Of a stretch of 64,000 nt of DNA, positions 53,320 through 64,000 are shown one piece after another. Position numbers and translations under genes: made by a program. Within the stretch, counting starts at the first letter, position 1. Each line of letters opens with the position of its first letter. The stretch lies in assembly GCF_006345805.1 (NCBI RefSeq), contig NC_043000.1:139996001-140060000 (forward strand). The letters run 5' to 3'. The DNA comes from Octopus sinensis. Its lineage: Eukaryota. Below the pieces are notes generated by a model. The model did not search any database. It saw only the letters and a program-made list of their open reading frames with translations, and was not told where the DNA came from.

Positions 53320-53540
53320 AAGGTGTTGCACGCATGATCATGAGATTTTGGTTTTGATTGCTGGACCGGATAATACGAAGTGTTCTTGAGCAAAACATTT
53401 CATTTCACATTGCTCAAGTCCACTCAAATGGTTTAAAATAGTAGACTTGCGACTGGATGGCATTTCGGCCATGGAAGAGCTGACATACACCACAGAAGCC
53501 AGGAAAACGGCCTAATGAGCCTATGTTATGGGAAGAACAT
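53320..53540 (+). mobile_element. Decayed SINE family C
   Basis: ggtgttgcacgcatgatc...gtgttcttgagcaaaacatttcatttcacattgctc. Confidence 0.7.
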
Positions 53541-53635
53541 TTGATCTCTTTTCCTAAATAATAGCCATCATTAATTTCTTCAACTGGTTAATGTGTTTGC
53601 TATGAAACAATATACTAATATCAGAAAACTATTCT

Positions 53636-54088
53636 TATTTCTTTATTGCCCACAAGGGACTAAACATAGAGGGGACAAACAAGGACAGACAGAGGGATTA
53701 AGTCAATTACATCGACCCCACTGTGTAACTTGTACTTATTTAATCGACTCCGAAAGGATGAAAGGCAAAGTCGACCTCGGCGGAATTTGAACTCAGAACG
53801 TAATGGCAGACGAAATACCGCTGAGCATTTCGCCCTGCGTGCTAATGATTCTTGTTTCTTTCTTCACTGCCCACAAGGGGCTACACACAGAGGGGACAAA
53901 CAAGGACAGACAAACGGATTAAGTTGATTACATCGACCCCAGTGTGTAACTGGTAGTTATTTAATCAACCCCGAAAGGATGAAAGGCAAAGTCGACCTCG
54001 GCAGAATTTGAACTCAGAACGTAATGGCAGACGAAATAAGGCTACGCATTTCGCCCGGCGTGCTAACGTTTCTGCCAGCTCGCCGCCT
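53636..54088 (-). mobile_element. SINE family B tandem dimer with shared 15-bp TSD
   Basis: TCAGAAAACTATTCT (53621-53635) and TCAGAATACTATTCT (54089-54103) flank both units. Confidence 0.9.
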
Positions 54089-54237
54089 TCAGAATACTAT
54101 TCTGCAACAACATTGCAATATTATCATGTTAAAATATCACGATTTCTTGTTCAGTATACCTATTTAACTTTTAATACTCCGTGTGTATGCAAATACTATA
54201 ATGCACAAACACAAAAACAACTTTTGTAACATAAATT

Positions 54238-54641
54238 TAGGAGTGGCTGTGTGGTAAGTAGCTTGCTAACCAACCACATGGTTCCGGGTTCAGTCCCACT
54301 GCGTGGCATCTTGGGCAAGTGTCTTCTGCTATTGCCCCGGGCCGACCAATGCCTTGTGAGTGGATTTGGTAGACGGAAACTGAAAGAAGCCTGTCGTATA
54401 TATGTATATATATATATATATGTGTGTGTGTATGTGTTTGTCCCCCTAGCATTGCATGACAACCGATGCTGGTGTGTTTACGTCCCCATCACTTAGCAGT
54501 TCGGCAAAGGAGACCGATAGAATAAGTACTGGGCTTACAAAGAATAAGTCCCGGGGTCGATTTGCTCGACTAAAGGCGGTGCTCCAGCATGGCCGCAGTC
54601 AAAACGACTGAAACACGTAAAAGAGTAAAAGAGTAAAGAGT
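54238..54641 (+). mobile_element. SINE family A (full length)
   Basis: Near-consensus copy. Confidence 0.92.
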
Positions 54642-54777
54642 ATATTGTTTGTAAAAAATCAGATGCTGCGTTGTGGTTAACACGGTGCAAAATTTTGTTC
54701 TCTATCAATATTAGCCAATGAAGCATATGCTTGCATTGAATACATCTATTCATTTTCTTGTATGGATATATGTGTGG

Positions 54778-54812
<35 letters not shown>

Positions 54813-55467
54813 GTGTGTGTGTGTGTGTATACAGTTGAATTTCCCTTCTGCATTGGTTACTTGCGTATCATATCAACTAATACCTTGTATAAAGTACAGA
54901 AATTATTTTGCACATGCCAATACATCGTTAAAATTTAATATTCCCAATGCCTATACATTATTGTGCATAGTTCACACACATACACGCGAACCCACGCATG
55001 CACATACACACACACACACACACACACACGTGTGTGTGTTTGTAGTTTTCTGCTTTTTGCTTCTTTTTTTCGGCTATTTTTAAGGCTGCATCTCATTAAG
55101 AGACAAAATAACATTTAATTCCTTAGGTAAGTCAAAGAGAGTAACTGTAAACATTACTGTTTAGAAAACTCAGGAGTTAATGCTCAATTTGTATAAGAGA
55201 TTTGATCTTTAATAACACACGTAGTTTTGGTGCAAATATTAAATTACAGTAACCTGACATGCACTAACTTTTGCACCCAAAGACATTTCTTTTTTTTTTA
55301 AATTGCTCTTATTACACACGGGTAACAGAACATATTCTTCTAAACTTGCTAAGCGCATTGCATTAGTGAGAAAATACAATTTACATGTGAGTCAACAATG
55401 GAAATGTCACATAGTTGTTGGCGCTGCTGGGTGTGGCAAATAAATCACCTTCAAAATATACCCTATC

Positions 55468-55701
55468 TGTTTCTTTTATTACCCACAAGGGGTTAAACAT
55501 AGAGGAGACAAACAAGGAGAGACAAACGGATTAAGTCGATTACAACGACTCCAGTGCGTAACTGGTACTTAATTTATCGACCGCGAAAGGATGAAAGGCA
55601 AAGTCGACCTCGGCGGAATTTGAACTCAGAATGTAATGGCAGATGAAATACGGCTACGCATTTCGCCCGGCGTGCTAACGTTTCTGCTAGCTCGCCGCCT
55701 T
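55468..55701 (-). mobile_element. SINE family B between 141-bp direct repeats
   Basis: Flanks 55327-55467 and 55702-55842 align without gaps. Confidence 0.92.
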
Positions 55702-58566
55702 AGAACATATCCTTCTAAACTTGCTAAGTTCATTGTATTAGTGAGAAAATTCAATTCACATGTGAGTAAACAATGGAAATGTTACCTAGTTGTTGGCGCT
55801 CTTGGGTGAGGCAAATAAATCATCTTCAAAATATACCCTATCATCTTAAAAAAGAGAAACACGTTGGATAAGGTAGTCTAAGATATATAATGCATAAGAG
55901 AAGAATGGGATAAGCATAGCAGGAATATTTTTGATATTAAGTCTGGTCAGTCAAGTAACACGCCGAATTAATAATTATATCAAGCAATACACTTTTCGGC
56001 ATTCCTGCATATTTGTTCCCAGGTCTTCACTGAGCAGATAGATCCAGGATGAGCGGTATTCATCTGTAACTGATCAATCTTTGGAGGAAATCACTCAATA
56101 TATTAAATAATGTGCTGTTCCTCTTTCAAAATTATTGTGTAAGATCTGAAAAAGATATGAGTGGTATTTTTAACTTGCATAAACACAGAAGATCCCGTGT
56201 AGGCGCAAAAAACTTGCAATCAGCTGATAATCACCTACCTGCTTGAGATCTGTAATTATGATCATTGTTTGAATTATCCAGAGACAAATGGCATTAAAAA
56301 CCTTGGAGGACAAATATGCTGGTTATAATGTTGAGGGTATGCATTTAAACCACTATAATAATATCATGAAATACTCACGAGCAATACCCCATTCAGTGTT
56401 CATGCTGAGTAATTATAATCAAGGTTTGTTTGTAACATATGCTAAGAGTTCACACTCATTCATGCACCATATTATACATCTAATTAGTGATTCTGTAATC
56501 TCTACTTTTCCGACGTCTATGATTCATGGAGAAAGAATATCGAAACTAAAACAAGTAGGAAATTGGATCCTTTTTTTACTGAAAGGGCTAAAATAATACT
56601 AAGAGATGCTGTCGGTGTATAAATATTTTTAATGAGAGTTCATTTTTGTGTTCAGTACATTAAATCTAACATTATTTTGTTTTTGAATTAAGTTCGCAAG
56701 ATTCCCGAGATAGCACAAAACATACATATACATTCTATAGCTTGCTGAAAGGATTTCATTACGAGCAGATGACCCTATTAATCAATACGAAGTGAAGAAA
56801 GCGTTTGCTTGCTTAATGCAGGGAGCACGATAATTTTAATTAATCAAAATTATACCCTTATCAGGGAGATGTAAACGTAGTTGAACAATCTGTTATTCAA
56901 CCGAAAAATAGCAAGCGTTACAATACAGAATCAAAAAGAACAAAAATTAGTTAATGCGCCAAGGTTCCAATTAATTAAAAATGGGAATAGATAACAGAGG
57001 AACGATAGTCCATCGTATTGACTCATCCAGCTGTAATATTTCAGTCAAAACTAACAAAAATAATTTACATTAACTGCATAGATTCTTCTAACGAAACCGG
57101 CGCATGACTTTGCATATAGGTTAAAAACATAACAACTAAACTGGTGGTTCTACGACGCTAGTCTTTCTGGTCGTTACTTGAATGCCTTTGGTCAGCTTGA
57201 TCATCATACACCTCAGTAGCATATATCATAGTCTTCTATATTAGAAACGTACTTCTGTCATTATGACCAAATATATTACAGCGTAAATCAGTAATAATAA
57301 TCGTAATTTGTTAGAAGCATAGTTTTGCAATTTTGGCATTAGTTACGATTTTATTTTAAAATGTCAGTACTGATATAGATTTTTATGAGAATTATAAAGA
57401 ATACAAATATTATTTCTTTTAAACTAGAATCGACAATAAGAATGTCATGGACCTTCGTTTCTAATATTAGCCAATCAGATTTGTCCATTTTTCTAGACAC
57501 TGTCATGATGTTATGGAATGCGTTAGCTTTTTTTCATTTCTGGCTTTGAGACGCCATGAAAGTTTTGAGATGTTCACAATAAAAATATCTTTACTTTAGA
57601 AATTGATAATAAAAACATTACAAAACCTTTAGAGATGAAAAATATTTCTTGAAAGAAAATGAAGACTTCAAATTGGCGTTTGCAATTAAACTTTGTGATA
57701 CATGACAAACTGCAACATTAAACTCTAAGCATAAACTGTAAAACCTAACCCTAAACGCTAAACCTTAAATCTAAGCCTTTTACAGTAAACCCTAATCTCT
57801 AACCTTAAATTCGAAACTTAACCATAAACCCTAACTCTAACTCCAAGAGGGTTTCTGTTTGCTGATATGTGAACATCGTTAACGGTAATGAATATCGGAA
57901 ATTGATTGGCTAAACTGACAAACGGTTTGAAAATTTAAAACTTCGTAAATGTTTTTAATATCAATATCTCCAAAAGTTGAGGTGATTTTTTTGCAATTGG
58001 CATGAAGAAACAAAGCTGTTTAACAATTTTCTTTGAGATTAGAATTCATCTGTAAAACCAAAACGATCTTCTTAATTTTTACGTTAAAAACTTCAGTCAA
58101 TACAGTATATGTTAGAAATATATTCTTGCTATCGCTGTCATACGTTAGAAAAATAATTTCGTCATGGTAAACTCATGTGCTTGTAACATCTACCGTCATC
58201 CTGTTCAAAATATGATTGAGCTTGCAATTTGTTTCACAATAATACATATAATAATTGCATATCTATCATCACATATTTCTGTCACACTAATGAATATAAG
58301 ACAGAAGTATTTTTCTATCGTAAGAAGCTGATAGGTACGAAAACTACTTTCGAGGTCATAATTTTATATGGAGGAAAAGAAGTTTAAATATGTGATAGAT
58401 ATATCCGAATTTCACTTAAAGTTTATTTTCCATTACTTATTAGCGCTGCTATTACTATATTTGTTATGACCAGGCAGTATACAAGTGCAAGTCAGACACT
58501 AATATTGATTGTCTCATTATAAAACTACGGCTTTCTAATCTATTCAAGATTATCTCTCTTCGATAT

Positions 58567-58607
58567 CTCCTACTGAGAAATGCTTGCGCCAGAAACGCGT
58601 CTAGGAG
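58567..58607 (+). ncRNA. Degenerate minimal hammerhead-like fold
   Basis: CTCCTA-CTGAGA-aatgcttgcgcca-GAAAC-GC-GTC-TAGGAG. Perfect 6-bp stem I and ACGCGT stem III, but the core is one base short and stem II is poor. Confidence 0.5.
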
Positions 58608-59432
58608 TCCGATAAAGAGAAACATTGAGCAGATAAGATGTTTTTACACCTTTTACCATAAGCAAGAAATTTTTCTCCGCAGTAAACTATAGTGAAATTG
58701 CCTTTGGAAGTGGAAAATATGTCACAAACATATTTGAACTAAAATATACATTGGTTATAATCATAAATGTTCCAAATCTACTTCTGTCATAATCGTATGT
58801 CAGAAACACACATCTGTTATAATCGCAAAGCATATGTCGCAATATATACTGCAAATAATTCGATCATCACAGTCTTGTGTACCACATTGTATCTGTTAAT
58901 TACATTTTCTTAAAGAAAACCAAAACTGAAAATGAATATCAACAAATGTTAAAAATATGAATACGAAAATGAAAATACTGTATATCAAAATTTACCTGAC
59001 AGAATGTACGAAGCGTAGGTAGGTACGTGCGTAGGTGGTACGTGCGTACGTACGTACGTATGTATGTATGTATGTATGTATGTATGTATGTATGTATGTA
59101 TGTATGTATGTATGTATGTATGCTTTAATTATTTCTTAAGTAAAACAAAGCAAGTTATGAAATTCTAATATTACAGGTCAATAGTTAGTATTATTCTGAT
59201 ATATTTTAATATTCCAGGGTTAGGACCCCTTCTTTATGAAAAGTACAGAGGAACGGTGCTGATAGCTGACCCAAGAACGAGTCCTCGCGATGAAATATTA
59301 ACATACCAAGTAATAGTGCTAGTCGTTGATATGTGATATAAATTTTTTATAACTTGCATCGGTTTAGCTTTAAAAAATTATTCAAACAGTTATATACATA
59401 TCACACAGTGATTCATAAAAGCTATACTATAC

Positions 59433-59466
<34 letters not shown>

Positions 59467-59552
59467 TGTATGTATGTATGTATGTATGTATGTACGTATG
59501 TATGAATGTATGTGCGTACTACGTACGTATGTATGTATCTATCTATCTTTTT

Positions 59553-59675
<123 letters not shown>

Positions 59676-59883
59676 GTGTGTAAATGTATATATATATGTG
59701 TGTGTATGTATGTATATGTTTACGTCTGTATGGTGGTAAGCATGTATATATGTATGAAATGAAACTAATTATCTAAGAGGAATAATTCGGAGTAGACCTT
59801 GACCTGTATTTGAACGACAAACATATGTAAAGATTTGTGCGTGCATATGTATGTGCATGTGTGTGTGTGTGCTTGTGTGTGTA

Positions 59884-59968
<85 letters not shown>

Positions 59969-59984
59969 TCGTGCGTGTGTGTGC

Positions 59985-60900
59985 TGTTGGGCAAAACGTT
60001 CTTTCGGTTTTAAACAATTCTATCAATGATACGGGTACGTTTCGTTTCAGTGTTCTCTGCCATCTTGTGGTCAGATCCATGATTCTCTGTTCGAGGAATT
60101 TCCTGTATTCACTGGTGAAAATCTCTCACAAGCAAGTTTTTTACTTCATTTTCAGAGTCTAAGGTCTGTCCACTCAATGAATTTTGAAGAGACAGAAACA
60201 GGTGTAAATCTGAAGATGCAATGTCAGGCAAAAAGGGAGGGTGCGGTAAAACGTTGCAGCCACGTTGCAGTAACCTTTTTTTGGGTCTGCAAAGACGTGT
60301 GCAGTCTGGCGTTGTCGTATTGCATGACAATGTTCTCACGGTTAGCAAGTGTTGGACGCTTCTGATGGATCGTAGCGTTTAATTTGTCTTGCTGGCCACA
60401 ATCACATTTTGTCCGATATGACGGACCTGTCTTTGAGAAGAAGCTCAAAAAATCAACAATGTTCCAATCTCAACAAACTGAAAGCATAACCTTTTTCATC
60501 GAGCTTCCTGACTGTAGTAGGTGTTTTTCAGCTCGACGCGATTTGGATACTGGAGGAATATATCTGTTATACTACAGGTTTTATAACGGGGTTTAGTATG
60601 GACTAGCTCCTTAATTTTGCCGTGGTTAATCACAAGATGAAGGTGCAACTTGAACTGAAAAGTTTCCTAATCGGAATCTTGAAAACTACTTCTGGCATAC
60701 ACATCCCTTAACGATTACCTCCCCATACACAGCATATATGTTTCTGCATGTTCCTGCCGCTTTCTTGCCTTTTTAAAAAAATAAAACAAATTCATATGAT
60801 GTCGATAACGTTCGCTATGGTTCTCCAATACCAGAGTGATCACAAGCACGCAAAATACAACCTGCCTCAAAGCAATTCTCAATAATCTAACGTTGAAGTG
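59985..60900 (-). mobile_element. Mariner (Mos1/SETMAR-like) decayed transposase, near full length
   Basis: KGKKAAGTCRNIYAVYGE...FSRFRLGNFSV, KKVMLSV, KRPTLANRENIVMQYDNARLHTS, HPPFLPDIASSDLHLFLSLQN, DLTTRWQ. TIR-like gttgggcaaaacgttctttcggtttt at 59986-60011. Confidence 0.92.
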
Positions 60901-61732
60901 TCAAGTATCCAACGAGTGCGTATGCACAAGTAGCTTGAGCGGTCATTTTGGCCAGCCTAGTATATATTTTCTTTAGATCGAATGTTTTACTTCTTGGCAC
61001 GAATTTCTCTTTCGGATCTGCATTAGAACAGATTCAGTTTACTGTCTATGGCTATCGTTTTTATTGGTTAGTTTCTAATGTTATTTTCTTAAGGCATTGT
61101 CTATGGTTGTTATTCCGTTTGCCAATCATTTGGTTGTTCTACTTTCATTGATATGACTTTTTTATTGTTATTTATTTTTATATATCCTGTTTTTCTTAAC
61201 TTGAATTTTTCTGATATTTTCCGCATATTGCCTTCTGTTGCCCAATGAAGCAGTTGTTCTAGGACATGACACAACTTACCAAAAAAAGATGCATTTGCAC
61301 AATCGACATTTTTGAGTGGAGCAACTTTTAAAATAGTCAACGGATAAAATTATACAAACAATTCTGGACAAAGAAAAATATTAGAAACATAGGACAAAGA
61401 ACGGGAAGTACGCTACTGCAGAATAAACTACAAACATTGTTAAAGCAAGTGACGACAACTTCATACCAAGTCTTAATAAGATAACATCAGAGACTGCTAA
61501 GGGAAATGAACCTACGCCAGAATTTATTGAACCAGCCCTAGTTTCGAAGAAATACAGCACATCAGTTTAAAACTTGAGTCGTGAGAAAAAAAATTCGTTT
61601 TGAATATACAACCTAATGTAGACTGCGTATTAAGTAACTTTCCAGTTAAATTGAAAAAGGGTAAAATTTAAATATATATCAACACATGTATATACATTTA
61701 TGTGATTATACATATGCATATATATACATGTA

Positions 61733-61954
61733 TGTTTCTTTACTATCCACAAGAGGCTAAACACAGGGGAGACAAACAAGGACAGACAAACGAATTCAGT
61801 CGATTACATCGACCCCAGTGCGTAACTGGTACTTAATTTATCGACCCCGAAAGAATGAAAAGCAAAGTCGACCTCGGCGGAATTTGAACTCAGAACGCAA
61901 CGGCAGACGAAATACGGCTACTCATTTCGCCCGGCGTGCAAACGGTTCTGCCAG

Positions 61955-61958
<4 letters not shown>
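61733..61958 (-). mobile_element. SINE family B
   Basis: Near-consensus copy. Confidence 0.92.
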
Positions 61959-61991
<33 letters not shown>

Positions 61992-63068
61992 ATATGTATG
62001 TATGTATATGCCCAAATGCATATTTATATGTTTATAATATAGCAAAGCATTTGAACGTGAATATGTGTGTGCGAGTGTCTGTGTGACGTATGTGATGTCA
62101 GTGCCTGCGTGCGCGTATGTGTGTCTTTGTGTGCGCGCGCGATTGAGCGTACGTGTGTGTGTGCGCGCGTATGTGCGTGTGTTTAGCAGAAGCATTATTA
62201 GTTAGACACATATATAAGTATGTATATGTGTGAGAGCAGAAGTAAGCAGTTGAAGAATGAGATAAAGAAATCAAATCAGTTTTATCTGTATCACGCAACA
62301 CACAGATTGCTTTGTCTTCTCTTGATAGTCCTAGAATTTGGATTGTGAAATTGATGAAGTTAATAGCAGAGCTTAATGTAGATTCCTCATGGAAAATACT
62401 GATCTTCTTGAAATTAGGTACGCTTTACACACGCCATACCTAATGTGTTGAACAAAATACAGATCGTATCTCTCTTTTTCTAAATACACACACACAAATT
62501 ACTATGCATGCTTATCTATGTGTATAATCGCACACACACAGACACACGCACATACACACGTTTATATATATATACACACACACATTTATATAAATGGAGA
62601 GAGAGGGAGGGAGAGAGAGAGGGGGGAATGATAAAGCTACATATAATGTATATAGCATGTGTGTGTTCGTTTAGGTTTCTGTGTGTCAAACGAATTAAAT
62701 TTCTAACATAAATAACGGTGGATTGCTAAAATGTTTATTTTCTATGAAAGCAGAGAAAATTTGAGTGTTTATATATATGCCTGTGTATATAAAGAAGTAT
62801 CTTTGCAAATTTGTCTCCTGTACCATATCCTTGTACTGCTTTACTTCTGACCTTGTAGCAGCGCAGCCTCGCCTTCCCTTCATCATTCCCTAACCTATGA
62901 TCGTAACAATAACACAATGTGTGGCTGCTTGATATATTGTACGTTCCTGTTTCGCCTCAGCCTGTCAACTTAGTGTCTGCTATTGTGGTTGCTTGAAGTA
63001 TATATATGGAGTATCTTGGGGAACTTTAAATCTGTCGGAGCCGACTTTTCTCCGGGTTTGGAGTTTTG

Positions 63069-63106
<38 letters not shown>

Positions 63107-63511
63107 AAAGTGTGGTGGGGTGAGAGACTGTCAGACTGACAAACAGACAGAGATACAAAGACAATGAATGAAAAAGTCTAAAAGAGAAAAAACTGAAGCA
63201 GTATTTTACTGGTGCGCTCTGGATCCTGAAAGAATTGTAGGCAAAAATTATCCTTAGCTGGATTTGGAGTGCAAAGAGCCGAAACGAATACTGTAAAACA
63301 ATGTAAGATGCTCTGAAGAGTCTATTAATTTTCTGCCTTTATAGACACATACACACCTAGAGAGGGAGAGGGGAGAGAAAACAGGAAAGTGGAAGACATT
63401 ATAAGGATCCCTATGCAACACAAAATCAGCAGGTCATCGGATAGTGCTCGGAACTCATATTTCTTATATTTTTGTTCATAGCTTTCCGCGACACAACGAC
63501 TACAGGCTTTG

Positions 63512-63581
<70 letters not shown>

Positions 63582-63779
63582 CTCTCTCTCTCTCTCTCTA
63601 GCTCTGTCTTTCTCTATGAATTAGATTTTAAATGTTTTATTGTCATACGCTATTTCTTCTTCCACAATAAATATTACATTTATCTCAGATATAAATCATA
63701 GCTCACTTAGGCTCCAGCAGATAAACAACGTCAAACATAATCAAGTATCCCATTTCGATTTAATGTCCATGATAAAAAA

Positions 63780-63902
63780 ATTAAATCCAAGAATATCAAA
63801 AATTATAAATTATCGACTGAGACGTAAGTATAAATGATGTAAGATCATTTATACTTACGTCTCAGTCGATAATTTATAATTTTTGATATTCTTGGATTTA
63901 AT
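63780..63902. repeat. Perfect palindrome: 59-bp arms, 5-nt spacer GTAAG
   Basis: 63780-63838 is the exact reverse complement of 63844-63902. Confidence 0.95.
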
Positions 63903-64000
63903 GTAAGATATAGAGAAATTTAAAAGGAATGCCTGTAGGCATAACAACGATAATGGATTATATATAAAATTTAGCTTTTATTTACTTCATAGCAGAAAAC

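Noticed and set aside
63426-63450. TCAGCAGGTCATCGGATAG resembling an RE1/REST site
   Set aside because: Wrong spacing and mismatches in both halves.

Overview
AT-rich, microsatellite-dense eukaryotic DNA. Its repeat inventory (tRNA-headed SINEs, RTE tails ending in (GAT)n, Penelope-like elements, mariners) is the pattern I associate with Octopus genomes; this is an inference. I found no recognisable host protein-coding gene, rRNA, intact tRNA or CRISPR array, and most ORF-track entries are translations of simple repeats. What the sequence supports is a layered transposon landscape: about 20 SINE copies in 3-4 families (several with target-site duplications), RTE and R4/Dong-like LINE fragments, Penelope-like element (PLE) RT and GIY-YIG fragments, two Tc1/mariner fossils and a Helitron helicase 3' end. 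The most interesting signals are: (i) several minimal hammerhead-ribozyme (HHR) folds, including a family with a non-canonical CUGUNGA core whose two complete copies lie 274 nt apart on one strand, and one HHR that may be the tail of a tRNA-headed SINE; (ii) repeated fold-back ends on PLE-related elements; (iii) recent template-switch products (a perfect 59-bp-arm palindrome and a 165-bp templated insertion); (iv) a 141-bp direct repeat flanking a SINE. All alignments, translations and folds were done by eye, so coordinates may be off by a few bases and novelty could not be checked against databases.
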